Of a stretch of DNA of 64,000 bases, positions 25,600-39,200 are shown one piece after another; position 1 is the stretch's first letter; every line of letters starts with the position of its first letter. The position numbers were made by a program, and so were the translations under genes. This DNA is from Mytilus californianus (taxonomy: Eukaryota), in NCBI RefSeq assembly GCF_021869535.1, contig NW_026262745.1, forward strand, positions 37,758,001 through 37,822,000. Direction: 5' to 3'. The notes under the pieces were generated by a model. That model saw nothing but the letters and a program-made list of their open reading frames with translations. It made no database searches and was not told where the DNA came from.

Positions 25600-25959
25600 A
25601 TGGGTTTATGGTTAACAACAACTTTAAATGTTCAACTTAGAATAAATTACATATAGGCTTGTATGTAGACTTTGGCAAAACCTCAAAATCTAATATCCAT
25701 GAAAATACAACATTTCATCAATTCACAAAAATTTGTACCCATGAAAATAAATAAATCAACAGTATATTATAACTACATTTATTCAGTTTAATGTTTGTGG
25801 TGGGTCCAGGCAGTGGTTGCACTGTGAAAAAATTATTGAATATATAGAATTCAACTGAAAAACAGGAGTACACTGGATAAAGAAAACAGTTTTTCATACA
25901 AAAAGGATGTCTATGAACATCTCAGGTTGTAAGTCCTCTCTCACAATCAAACTCATGGG

Positions 25960-26133
25960 GCACATTTTTAAACAAGACACCCCAATGATGATTGTGGCCA
26001 AGTTTGGTTAAATTTGGCCAAATAGTTTCAGAAGAGAAAATTTTTGTAAAAGTTAACAGACGACGATCGAAAGAAGACCGACACCAAGTGATGAGAAAAG
26101 CTCACTTGGCCGTTTGGTCTAGGTGAGATAAAA
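25960..26133 (+). mobile_element. 5'-truncated HINE-like fragment of the 40997-43102 family
   Basis: ccccaatgatgattgtggccaagtttgg…gacgacg…aagtgatgagaaaagctcacttggc…ggtgag. Confidence 0.65.
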
Positions 26134-27035
26134 TTCAGTTGGAAATGACTGGATCTGTCAGATCACCAAGGATTGTTAACATATGGATTCATAACTTAAT
26201 TATATCAGCCTGTTCATGACAATCAACAGCTAGACTTTTCAACAGAGCCTTAGTGTGTCACTTTTAAACATCTGGCATAAAGAGATTGAATTGTAAAATA
26301 GAGGGTATCAATATTAATTTTAAAACTTTCTTGAGTAAACATACTTCATTTTGTATTTAGAGATTACTTCTTCCTCATCCCTCTTAAACCCCAACATATT
26401 AATAGTTTATGCAGCCATCAAATTGCATTGAAATTATTTGCACATTGTTCAAATATCCTATTATACATCTAGGTCAATAAAATAATAAAATTAATCTTTA
26501 TGCAACAGAAAATTAATAGTTGCAGCATGTGAATCCATCTCCGTAGATATTTTGTTATAAACATCAACATTGATTAATAGAAAATTTTCAATACAAGTCT
26601 ATCATAATTTTTCAGGTGTGAGGACAGACAAGTTTTTCAATTAGATTTGCTAGTTACTGTCATAGATGAATTCACAAACAGAAAAGATAAGAGAAAATAC
26701 AATGATCCTCACTTTTTAACTATCGTGATGTTGACGCAATTTTTATGAAAGCCTTCTTTCTACCTTAGTAACACTTGATATAGAAAATTATATAATTTAA
26801 AAATCACACGACATTGTATGATTTTTAAAAACCAATATTTCAAGAATGCTATAAAAGTCTTGATCTTTAATCGAATTGATCCATTCCGTTTTTACATAAG
26901 AAGGTAGTTTAGTATAACAAAAAAAATATTGATAGTAAATTTAAAAGATAAAAGGGAAAATCCTGTAACAGTATATGAATGAATGGACTATTTCATAAAT
27001 CAAAAAAGATTTTGTGGATGACATCTATTTACAGT

Positions 27036-27256
27036 GGGTCTCATTGGGGTCTAAGCGTGACCCGGGATTGCCGATTTTTTGTAAGCATGACATGTGAAAG
27101 TCAAATTATTGTGCCGTGAAAACAGGAAATGAAGTCTAGCGGGACACGGGAAATTACAAAAAAATGAGAATTGCTTACGTACATAGTGTAAGCGGGATAG
27201 GGGAATCTGACAAAACAGTAAGCGGGATCCGGGATCAGAACCCCCCAATGAGACCC
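27036..27256. mobile_element. MITE with 14-bp TIRs
   Basis: gggtctcattgggg … ccccaatgagaccc; CpG-rich interior; TSD not clear. Confidence 0.65.
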
Positions 27257-28879
27257 CCTTTACATACTATTAAAAATCAAGTTTTTACAGTTAAACTTGT
27301 ATTAAAACGATTTTGAGAGCTGTTTCTATTTCATCAACTGAGGTTCCTTCCATATCAAGAAATAAAAGGATTGTGCATGGGGTATAGGGAAATTTGACAG
27401 CATTACTACAACAACAATTTACAATGAAAAGGAGAGCTATTTAAAGCCATCATTTAGCCTGCATCAATAACAGGCAGACAACACCTACCAATGCTTATGT
27501 GTTACTGACTCTACCCATTTAATGATAATACAGTCCAATTCTGTTTTAAATCCTTTCTCAATCACTCACACAATAGTTCATGTAAACTTAGTCTTGCTAG
27601 GTGAAAATTAATCCTAAACTAGGTTAAACTATGAATAAATGGAGACCTACAGTAAACATCTTCCAGACAGCAACATACCAACAATTGAAGTTACCAAAAA
27701 CAAAAATCTAGAAAATACCATACAACTTTCGACATCAGACTCAGATGATACCTATTGGACTAGCATGATAATCATTCCTGAATTATTTAACAGAAAATGA
27801 GACCTTAACTTTACTGTACAATAAACCTATTTTCAAAATCCATTAATTTTACTTCATCAATGGTTCCTATCTATCAAACTTCCCATTTTCAATTTAATTT
27901 ATTACTCAGTGGATCCTAATATCACATGAAATCATTACCTGCAGATACCAAAGTTCAAACTATTCAAAAGATATTCCTCCCAATATATTTATTCAACAAT
28001 TTAAAATTAAATATCATTTATTTAAGATACAAATTTAACTAATGGAAATTAAACATGCAATTTACTTGCAATGGAAATAAATCTGTTTGGATATCTTTAC
28101 AAGTTTAACTTGATAAAATACAAAGTTCTTTCCTAAGCAAACATAAAAACCTACCTTTTACAACAATGAAAATTTGTTTGAATTGTAAACTAATCCAAAC
28201 TTAAATTCTCTGTTTGTCAATTGTGTAATATACAGTTATATTCACAAGTTTTCTCTTTTATCATCTGAAGTAAAAATTTGTTTTACTTTACTTGATTCGA
28301 ACCCACTGAATTTGTAAACATTTAATGGTCTAATGGTTTTAAACAAAATTTTATGGTAAAAATTTGGCCAAAATCTGAGGTATAGAGTTCATCTATATAG
28401 TGTTTTTATAAATATAAATGTAAACAGCTATTATTCTCCATTATTGACCTTGATTTTACATGGTAAATTAAACATGAATTGGAGAACTAGTTTGATTTTA
28501 AATCACAATTATTATTCTAATATTTATATTTTAACTGAAAATATATTTAATATAATTTCTTTTTTCCCTTTGTAAACATTTATCTTTAAGAGGTCTATTA
28601 ATATTTAAATTTGGATATATGTGTTCCTCTTGACATCACAGTCACAAAACCACATTGTCTTTAAATCTCAAACAAAACAGTGACAATGAAATGATGTAAA
28701 ATAATACTCTAAGCGTCCTTTTAGTAAACATCTTTTTCAAATAGATCTTTTCACCTAAAAATCACTCAAGATTTTAGACCAGGTTAAATTGGAAAGAGTT
28801 TGTATCACAGATGATTTTAATAATCTGTTCTTCTTGTTGAATTGCCCTGTTCAAGTATTCTTTTTGAAAGGACTTCCAA

Positions 28880-29960
28880 GCGTGGAATAAACTTCTTACT
28901 TTTTCTGTATATCCCCAGTAAGGTTTGAACTTCTTTCTCTTTTTTGTATATCCCCAATATGGTTTGAACTTTTTTCTCTTTTTGTATATCCCCAGTATGG
29001 CATGAACTTTTTATTCTTTTTGTATATCCCCAAGTGTGGCCTGAACTTTTTATTCTTTTTGTAAATCACCAAGTGTGGCATGAACTTCTTTTTCTTATTG
29101 TATATCCCAAGTATGGCATGAACCTCTTACTCTTTTTGTATATATCCAAGTGTGGCATGAACTTCTTATTCTTTTTGTATATCACCAAGTGTTGCATGAA
29201 CTTCTTATTCTTTTTGTATATCACCATGTGTGGCATGAACTTCTTTCTCTTTTTGTATATCCCAAGTATGGCATGAACCTCTTACTCTTTTTGTATATCA
29301 CCAATGTGGCATGAACTTCTTACTCTTATTGTATATCCCAAGTATGGCATGAACCTCTTACTCTTTTTGCATATCCCTAAGTGTGGCCTGAACTTCTTAT
29401 TCTCTTTGTATATCACCAAGTGTGGCATGAACTTCTTTCTCTTATTGTATATCCCAAGTATGGCATGAACCTCTTACTCTTTTTGTATATCCCCAAGTGT
29501 GGCATGAACTTCTTATTCTTTTTGTATATCATCAAGAGTGGCATGAACTTCTTCCTCATTTTGTATATAAACAAGTATGGTATGATTCTCTTACTCTTTT
29601 TGTATATCCCCAAGTATGGCATGACTTTCTCACTCTTTTTGTTTATCCCAAAAGTGACATAAATGTTTTACTTTTCTGTATACCAAAGTGTGGCATAAAC
29701 TTCTTACACTTTTGTATACCTCTAGTGAAACATTTACTTCTTCAATCTCTTTTATATATCCAGAGTGCTGCATTAACTTTTTACTCTTTTTGTATACTCA
29801 ATGTGTAGCAAGAACTTTCCAATCTTTTTGTATACCAAAAGTGTGGCAGGAACTTCTAACTTTTTTGTATATCCAGATTGTGATATAGATAAGATAAACT
29901 TTTTTACTCTATTTGTTTAACTCTAGTGTGGCATGATCACACTGTTTCTGTACACCCAAT
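28880..29960. repeat. 39-40-bp minisatellite, about 25 units, decaying at both ends
   Basis: Unit caagtgtggcatgaacttcttattctttttgtatatccc. Confidence 0.9.
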
Positions 29961-30203
29961 GAATAGCAAGTACTTTTTACTCTTCATATCTAATAGGATT
30001 AATGCTGTTCAATCATTGAGTTCTGAAATAATCTTACCATAGAGTTTCTTTATGTTCATGTTTTTAAATAAGGCTTTTGTCTTTGCCTTCATAGCCAGGA
30101 ATTTTCAAGGGGAGGTTAGATGGACTGGCAACAAACAAAAAATCAACTTTAATAGTCACAGTTCAAACAGAACATTGACTTTAATAGTGCTTGTTTGCTT
30201 TCA

Positions 30204-30234
<31 letters not shown>

Positions 30235-32549
30235 CCTCCATAGTAAGTATGTACTGATTAGGATTTCAATGGTCAACTACATTATTAACACAGCTGTATA
30301 TAAGAATTAAAGTTAGGACATTTTTAATTTCAAGTGTTCTAGTTGGTTTTAAGGGAAGAGGGACACAGTTTTAAGATGAAGGGCAGGTTAGCATGGTTTT
30401 TTGTCTATTCAAAAGGGACCAGTTGATTCAGTTTAGATATAATAAATTGAAATATTATACTTGAATAAATTAATGTATTTTTGCTGGGTTTATAGTATTT
30501 TGGGGTTGTAATAAACTTTTCCTTGTAGTTCAGATGAATTTTTTGCATTGAAAAGTATTTTTCTCCTTCAAAATAAAGATGTCCCCCTCTATATTGGACT
30601 AGCTAGAACCCTGAATATTAAGCTAAACCATTTAAATCATATATTATATAAAAGAAACAAAATTCAGTTGAAAATATGATCTGACATTTTTTACAAACCC
30701 TTTCAATCTGTTATATTTCCTGATATAATATCCTCCGTTGGTTAGACTGATATTATATAGTTCTAGCTACAAATGTTTTTCAAAGTCATTAAACTGAAAT
30801 CCTATTGAAAGATCTTGAAAGTATAGGAAATCTGGAAATTACATAATCTCTGACTAAAAACTAATTCCAATCTTCAAAATCAATAGAAAAGAGTCGCTAT
30901 CCATGATTTTAACTGAAGTATATTGAGGGTTTGCAAAGCTATTCATTAACTTATTTAAAACTTTCATTTAAAATGTGATCTGAATAGCAACTGCTGTGGC
31001 ATAAATCTTCATAGGATTAAGAATGGGATGGGTCCTGAAACAGAAATGTGAGCTTTAAAATGTACAACACTTCTGTGAGCATGACATTTTCATCATAAAC
31101 ACACACACACTGAACAAAAGTTTGAAAAGTAAAAAAAAAAATGAAATGTTTGAAAGCAAAAAAAATACCAAAATGGCCTATATGTAAGAGTAAAAAACTT
31201 CCACTTTGAATGAGGGAGTTGCAGCATAAGTTTTAGTACAATTTCAAAATTTATGAATTGAAAATGCATCATTGAAGTCATGTCTGTGCAAAACCTTAAG
31301 ATCTTTAGATGTTTAATCTGTAATTTTACCAATTATGTCCTATTCCAAATGTGGATTTGCTTGGCGGGTGGTGCATGCATAGCAAGAAAAACTTCCCCTG
31401 TCAACACACCAAGTTTTGCTCCTTTTGGAGTTCAAGGGATTCCGTCAGTTTTTTAACAGCAGTTAATGACTGTTGCCTCAATTCTATAGCTACTACACAG
31501 ACAATTCAAGATCATTCAAAACATTATTTTTGCAAAAACTGAAAACAATTTGACAGTATCATATTATATTATAAGTACTTATCAATTTTTTTTATATTGG
31601 ACAATGTATTATATGTAATCACATAGATTTAGATATAAAAAAAGAGCTTAACTAAGAGGGTTTGCTAACCAATCTGCATAAAAGTCAGATGTACTATTCA
31701 TGCAACTGCAACCTACAAATTAATGATCTATTCAGAGAATAAGAAATTAGAAAATGTCAATGTATATTAAATGTAGCGTGAACAAACCAGTTATGTGCTT
31801 GATTTAATAAAATGCTACATCTAAAAATCCTAAAAACAGCAATATACCAAACCTTACCTATTTTGTTAATTAATCAAACAAAACCCAAGGACAACATAAA
31901 ACTTAAGAAAGATAAACTGTATATCAAGTTATTTTTAGTCAGGATTTGTTTGTGATCTGGGCATCAAATGAGGCGGTAAGCTATTGCCTGTGTTCCTTAT
32001 TACTTCTAATTTATAAGATACTGACTTTTGAATGAGGCTTTGAAATGTTATTGAACTAACAGTTGATCGTCATTGTTGATTTCTATATACAAACCAAGAT
32101 GATGAAGGAGAGACTTAACTGTACCTGTGGTATCCCAAATTTATTTCAAGTTTACTAGGATAGATGTTATCAACTGTCACCATACTTTCAAATATTGAGT
32201 GAGAGGCATCATATATATAGCAGAATGTGAAGTTATGGATATATAATGCCAGCTTCTTTTCATTCCTTCACATAAGTTCCTGTATAAAGTGCTCATCAAA
32301 TAATTGAAATAACACTAACGGTTCCAATTTTTTGGCACCAGATGCGCATTTTGGCAAGAAATGTCTCTTCAATGATGCTTCAGTGAGTTATGGAAAAACT
32401 CCATGATAGGGAGTTAATAATGTCATTTAAAGAAAAAGCTATTTACTATAGCAATATTCCATCAAAGGTGCAATACTAGTTTGGAAAGATGAATATATGG
32501 ATGACAAGATGACTTAAGGCATTTGAAAATAAATGGACAGATAAAAGTA

Positions 32550-33060
32550 TACAGAAGCAACATGTGTGAACGAGTTGAGTTGAGATCGGATTCGTAGTAG
32601 AAAAAAAAAACCCAGATGATTTAAGTCAAAAACGGAAAACAACAAAATTGTCCAATATCATTTCATTCTACTAACAGCTGCTGTAACCTTGACCTTTGAT
32701 GTAGTGGCTCAAAAATCAATAGGTGTCTATTTCAACCCAAGGTGCATCATTTGCAACAAAAGATGGGTAAAGATTTAAGAGATATCGAGCTGACAATTCG
32801 CTTTCTCCAAAAATTTACGTACATTATTTTGTAGTTTGACCGTCTAACCCAAAAATCAATAAGGTTCCTTTTCTTTTTATTGGAAATTTTCAAACTAAGT
32901 TTGATGAAGGATAGTCATATGGTTCATAAGATATCATCTGCTTAACCAAATTTTTTATCAAATTTCAGTCCATCAATAGCTAATGTGACCTTGACCTTTT
33001 ACCTATTGATCTCCAAATCAATAGGGGTTTTCCTCATCCAGTATTGAGTCATAAAAATTG
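32550..33060. repeat. Decayed interspersed repeat with ccttgacctttga…aaaatcaatagg units
   Basis: The motif recurs at about 32685, 32825 and 32990. Confidence 0.4.
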
Positions 33061-33079
33061 TTTGTATTATTAGACTCAC

Positions 33080-33265
33080 CTCTAAATCTATCAGCCCTTT
33101 CAGATTAGGTATGTACAGGTTAGCAGTCAGTAAAGCTAGACCAGTCTCTGGTCTGAAGATGTCTGGGGTGCAGATGACATAGTCTGGAGGCTCGGTCCCT
33201 GGTTCCTGGTTTCCTAAGGGTCCTGGACCCCAATCAGTTGGAGTCTTTGTCATGTCCTTATATTT
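33080..33265 (-). CDS. Gene B exon 12 (cytoplasmic C-tail)
   Basis: ttatatttcag|AAA ... GAG|gtgagt. Encodes KYKDMTKTPTDWGPGPLGNQEP...LIDLE, including the SLC6 C-tail P..WGP motif. 186 bp. Confidence 0.8.
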
Positions 33266-36200
33266 CTGAAATATAAACAAAAGTTCCTGTTTTTGCTGTT
33301 TGGTATAAAATACATGAAATTTAAAAGTATACCAAATTTTATTATGATCATGTTCTATTGAATACCTTTTGTTTTTTATTCATACCAAACAGAGTCATAA
33401 AATTAAAACCAGATACTTTTATAGGACGTTAGATAGGTTTTGAGTGTTGTAATTTGAGTTGAGTTATTTCCCTTGGCTGCCAATTTGGAGGTATAAATGG
33501 TGGATTTTCTTATTTTACTAACCAAATTGAAAAATGCAATACACATGAGTCTGATAAGAGATCATTACTAGATCATAATGATGAAACAAGGATAAAAGAA
33601 ATAAAAATTGTTCAGAAGTCTAGTGGTCAGTATAATAAGTTGAAATTTGGCTGATTTATGAAGGAATTTGCTCACTTAAGACCTCCAACATAGCAACAAA
33701 TGGGAAGCAACTCTTGCTCAAATTGTGTCAATCAAAACCTACCTATTCTAGCCTCCATAGAATATATATTTGATATTTTAATATCAGGTTATTTTTACTC
33801 AAATTATTATGCAATAATGACTTTATTCTACAAACCTGTCTTTTTTCTATCAAACCAACCAAAGATTTCCCCCCAAAATATTGATAAATCATTCCTAAAT
33901 TCATCCATGATATTCATATGTGTAGTTTTCATACATACAATTATTGAAAATAAATTATCTCATAAACAAGACACAATCCCTACATAGTCCCTCCTCCCTA
34001 GTCTATGTAGGGGGGTTGGCAGTGTAAAAGATAAAATATGATCAATGCTTTAATGTAATACTGAATGCAATCATCACTGAATGTGAAAGAGTAGTCTCCC
34101 ATGTTGTTAGAAGTTACTGAATAGATTTAAACTTATTAAGATAAGTAAAGAAGTGAAGTAACAATAGAAAATAGTAAAATACCTAAGAAATGCCAAAAAG
34201 TAAAGCCACTAATATAAAAGGTAAAAACACTAAAATGTAAAAAAAAAAAAAAAAAATTATTTAAGCTAAAAGAAAGAATTTTCTACAAACCTACTTTGAT
34301 AAAATCTTCAAAATATGGATATAATCTTAGTAGGCATAATCTAAAGTTAAAAAAATATCCCACATCTATGTAAGTATAGCATAATTGATGTGCCACAGGA
34401 ATTCTGCTCAAATCGAGATATGAGCCATCTGAAGTCTTAACTTTAGCTCAATGTTGAAGGCTTCACTGTGAATTTGAGATGAATCAATGAAATCTTTGTT
34501 TCTTCGCTTTTGGGTTTTATCAAATGCAAGAAGGAAGTTTGTGCCTATTTTGATACATAATGGTAATGTGATAATTAAAGTTATAGTACTTGCTTGTCTG
34601 AACGATGAGAAATCATTTCTGTAGCATAGAACTGCAGCATAAAACAGTGGTAACAATGGAATTAATGTTATACACCAGCTTAACTCTTTAGTGAGAGATG
34701 GATACTCATATAACTTGTACTGTAACACTGAGTCTGTCATAATGGTTAGAATAATCAATGCCTGAAAAATGAGATGGTCAAAGGGAGGTAATTCATGAAT
34801 TTTTACTATCAGCAAATTTTCACATGCTAGAATATTTCATCAATTTTATCTTCATACTTTTTCTTACAGTGGTGAAACAATGTAAAATAATAACAAGTGA
34901 GTAATATTAACATAGTAAAAACTATCTTCCTTATATTAAATAGTATTAATAATTTCAAAATCTTATGGTATATATTGAAATAATAATCTCAGATTTTGTT
35001 TTACTAGCACACTATAAAACTTGATTTTCTTTTTTAAATTGTTTGAAAGTATACTTTGGCTATTAAATTTTAAATAATAAGATATCTTTCATAAAAAAAA
35101 CAATCTGTATTGACAAAATACACCCTTTGATACAATTTGCCATTTCAGAATCTAAAGGATTCTGGGTAATTTAATGTACGTATCACAAAATGAAAATAAT
35201 GTCACATCATTGGTTGAATTTCCATTGTTTAAGATGTAGTTAGCCTATCACAATTTTGAGGTGTATTTTATAGAAAATGTTGCCCAGAATGCATTAGAAT
35301 CTGAAATAGTAAATTCTACAGGGGGACAATCATACCAGTATAACTGCTGGAGTAAGAAATTGCCAAGTGATTTTCCACCACGGTGAATCTGTACTGCCTG
35401 TCATGTCAGCAATATTATTCCACACCCGCTGGGCACCATATATCCAAGCTAACAACATGCATTCGCTTAGAGTGATGAAAAACAATGAAAATTTTGTCAC
35501 ACTGTTCAACCAGTAAAAGGAAATGTATAAACCTGCCTGAAAATATAAAATATTGATTTGTCACAGTCAAAGATTCATTGATGGTTATGTTAAGAGAATA
35601 CTATGATATACCTTGAGCAAAAACATTGACTTTGTCAAAGATATAAATCATGATAGAGGCAAAAAAAAAATATGTTAGTTTCTCAAGCTTCATCTGTGTC
35701 AAATATTCAATTTTTTTAGAACATTTTTTAGAAAACACTTTTTTATTTTGTTTCAGCTGGAAATCAACCTGACATTTACCATAGGTTTTGGATCAATGCT
35801 ATTTTCATAGAATGAAAATGAAATATCTAACAAGCTCACTTTGAGTTTTAAATTCCATTCTGATAATAAACTTCACCCAAACTGTAAAATTCTTAAGGTG
35901 AACAGAAAAAAAAAACGGTGTTGATGTTTATGGAGGTTTGCCTAAAAAATTATCTATTGTAGAAACATGAATTTATTGAATAAGATGTGTACTACATAAA
36001 CCTGATTTGTAACCAAACATATGGCTATGGCTGTGCCAGAAATCAGTAATAATATTTCATAAGACTTGAAGTAACATATAAGTTTTTTTTTTTAAATTGC
36101 TAACAAATAATAGCATTAGACTAACATATAATACTGACACAATCTGTCATTGAAATTTCACTATCCAATAAGTCTGTTCATTTAACTTTAAGTAAAACAA

Positions 36201-39200
36201 ATGCAGGGACTTCCTGTTAACTTACTTATTTTCATAGATTTTTTTTTGTTGTTACATGTTTAGCAGATATAGCATGATAAACAAATTTTCTAGTTTTCTT
36301 TGTATAGATATATTAAAATATCAGTCATGTGAAACTGTTAGAGCTTGTTTGCTGGGCTCACCCACTAACAATATATTTGTCTATTGGCAGATAGTTTTTT
36401 TTTATATCAATGTGAAGTCCTGATAATATTTACTTACTCTGTAATCAAGATAAGAAACTCACCTCAGTAACAGTTACAATGCTAAGCAATGATATAAGTA
36501 GACACACAGATCCCGCCATTATGTATTTAAATTTCCATCGGAATCGATATTTTTCTGGTAGGAGATGAAGTAATGCTGACACAATGTTCTGTAAATGGAC
36601 TGCATGAGTATCTAGCCCAACTAAAGCCAAGGATATAAATATAAGTCCCATCCATAGTTTGGGTGAGGTAAATCCATATAATACTGATGGTACTATCACA
36701 AAACCTAGATCTATTGCTAAAAATAGAAACATACCATCAGGTAATTGCTAAAAATAGAAGTATATCATCAGGTTATTGCTAAAAATAGAAATAGACCTAT
36801 ACCATCAGGTTATTGCTAAAAATAGAAACATACAATCAGGTTATTATTAAAAAATAGAAATATACAATTAAGTATATAATGAAATTTAATTATATTTATC
36901 ATTATTGCGAACCAAATGAAACTTTTCCACAGAGTCATCTCCTCTCAGTCAAGGTATTTACTGCTCTCAGTCAAGGTATTCAAACTTTTTTCAGTTCTAT
37001 TGTCCCATTGAATAAATCCAACAGCTAGTTCTCTGTGTAGTTTATTCACTGGGACCTTCAAATTTCTTCTAAGAGAAATCCATCACTCATTGATTAATTT
37101 ACCTGAGCAAAAAAAATGTCTTTTAAGTAGATGAAAATACATGTATCACTCACAAAACTACATGTGATGTTGTATTTATTCAATATCAATAATATATTTT
37201 CAATCTGTTCAATATAATCACTGATTTAATTATAACAAGAGGCTCTTAAGAGCCTGAATCGCTCACCTGTATTTCAGAGGAGAAGATTTTTAAATGTTAG
37301 CAAACTTGATGGACAAATTGTGTAAAATTGTCTTTAAAGGGCAATAACTCCTTAAGGGGTCAATTGACAATTATGGTCATATTAACTTTTTTGTAGATCT
37401 TACTTTGCTGAACATTATTGCTGCTTACAGTTTATATATATCTATAATAATATTCAAAATAATAACAAAAAACTGCAAAATTTTGTTAAAACTACCAATT
37501 CGGTGGCAGCAACCCAACAATGGGTTGTTCGATTCGTCTGAAAATTTCAGAGCTGATAGATCTTGACCAATTGAACATTTTTACCCCTGTCAGATTTGCT
37601 CATAAAGCTTTAGTTTTTGAGATATAAGCCAAAAACTGCATTTGACCCTTATGTTCTATTTTTAGCCATGGCGGCCATGTTTGTCGATGGATACAAACTT
37701 CAGATACAATTTATAAACAAGATACCCATAGGAACATTTAGGTCAAGTTTGAAGGTAATTGGCCCAGTAGTTTCAGAGGAGAAGATTTTTAAATGCTAGC
37801 AAACTTGATGAGCAAATTGTGTAAAATTGTCTTTAAAGGGCAATAACTCCTTGAGGGGTCAATTGACAATTATGGTCATATTAACTTTTTTGTAGATCTT
37901 ACTTTGCTGAACATTATTGCTGCTTACAGTTTATATATATCTATAATAATATTCAAAATAATAACAAAAAACTGCAAAATTTTGTTAAAACTACCAATTT
38001 GGTGGCAGCAACCCAACAATGGGTTGTTCGATTCGTCTGAAAATTTCAGAGCTGATAGATCTTGACCAATTGAACATTCATACCCAATGTCAGATTTGCT
38101 CTAAAAGCTTTAGTTTTGGAGATATAAGCCAAAAACTGCATTTGACCCCTATGTTCTATTTTTAGCCATGGCGGCCATGTTTGTCAATGGATCAAAACTT
38201 CAGATACAACTTATAAACTAGATACCCTAAGAAACATTTTGTTAAAGTTTGAAGGTATTTGGCTCAGTAGTTTCAGAGGAAAAGATTTTTGAAATAGTTT
38301 ACAACGACAGACGACGACGACAGACGACGGACGCCAAGTGATGGCATAAGCTCACATGGGGCCCTTTGGGCCCCGGTGAGCTAAAAAGTTGATTTCTGAC
38401 AATTTTTTAGCAATGTTCCTATTGAAATTTGCATTTTTTTTGTTGTTTAGTTAAAGAATACATTTTAGAAGGCCTTAATTGAAACATCATCATTTTCCAG
38501 TTTTTATTTGTCAAACAGACAAAAAAAAAATTTCAATAGGAACAATGTTGAAAATTTTGTCAGTAATCAACTTTTTATGTTTGAATCATTGTTAACAGTA
38601 AACAGATCGAAAATATATTATTGATATTGAATAAATACAACATCACATACAGTTTTGTGAAGTGATACATGTATTTTCATCTACTAAGAAGACAATTTTT
38701 TTACTCAGGTAAATAAATCAATGAGTGATGGATTTCTCTTGGAAGAAATTTAAAGGTCCCAGTGAATAAACTACACAGAGAACAATAGGTATTGTATGTA
38801 TTCAATGATACAATAGAACTGACAAAAGTTTACATTGACCAAGAGGAGATGACACTGTGGAAAAGTTTCATTTGGTTTGCAATAGGTTTTAGAGCATAAA
38901 AAATCAAGGTAATATCAGAAAACAAAGATCCATTAAAAGAAATAGGAAACATAATTCTCGGGAAAGCTCTAAACATTAAATTTGAATATTTAAGTTTTCT
39001 TAAATTTATAATTGTGTGTATTCCTATGGATTGCTGGAAAGGGACTTGAAAAGCAGCAACTTCAGAATATATGGTTTCTGATATACTACAATTGTTATAG
39101 TCCTCAAGAGTATCGTTTACCAGTAGTTATTGGTTTTGACCCAATATTGTATTCCTAATAAAGATTTGTAAAATTTTAATGACAGAATTGTGGCCTTTAG

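Noticed and set aside
27639-27800. 53-aa plus-strand ORF METYSKHLPDS…ELFNRK
   Set aside because: Below the length of many chance ORFs in this window; no homology or splice support visible.
28896-29888. Several overlapping repetitive ORFs
   Set aside because: Translations of the 39-40-bp minisatellite.
31390-31520. Coiled-coil-like frame IELRQQSLTAVKKLTESLELQKEQNLVC* as last exon of B
   Set aside because: No credible phase-0 acceptor in that frame.
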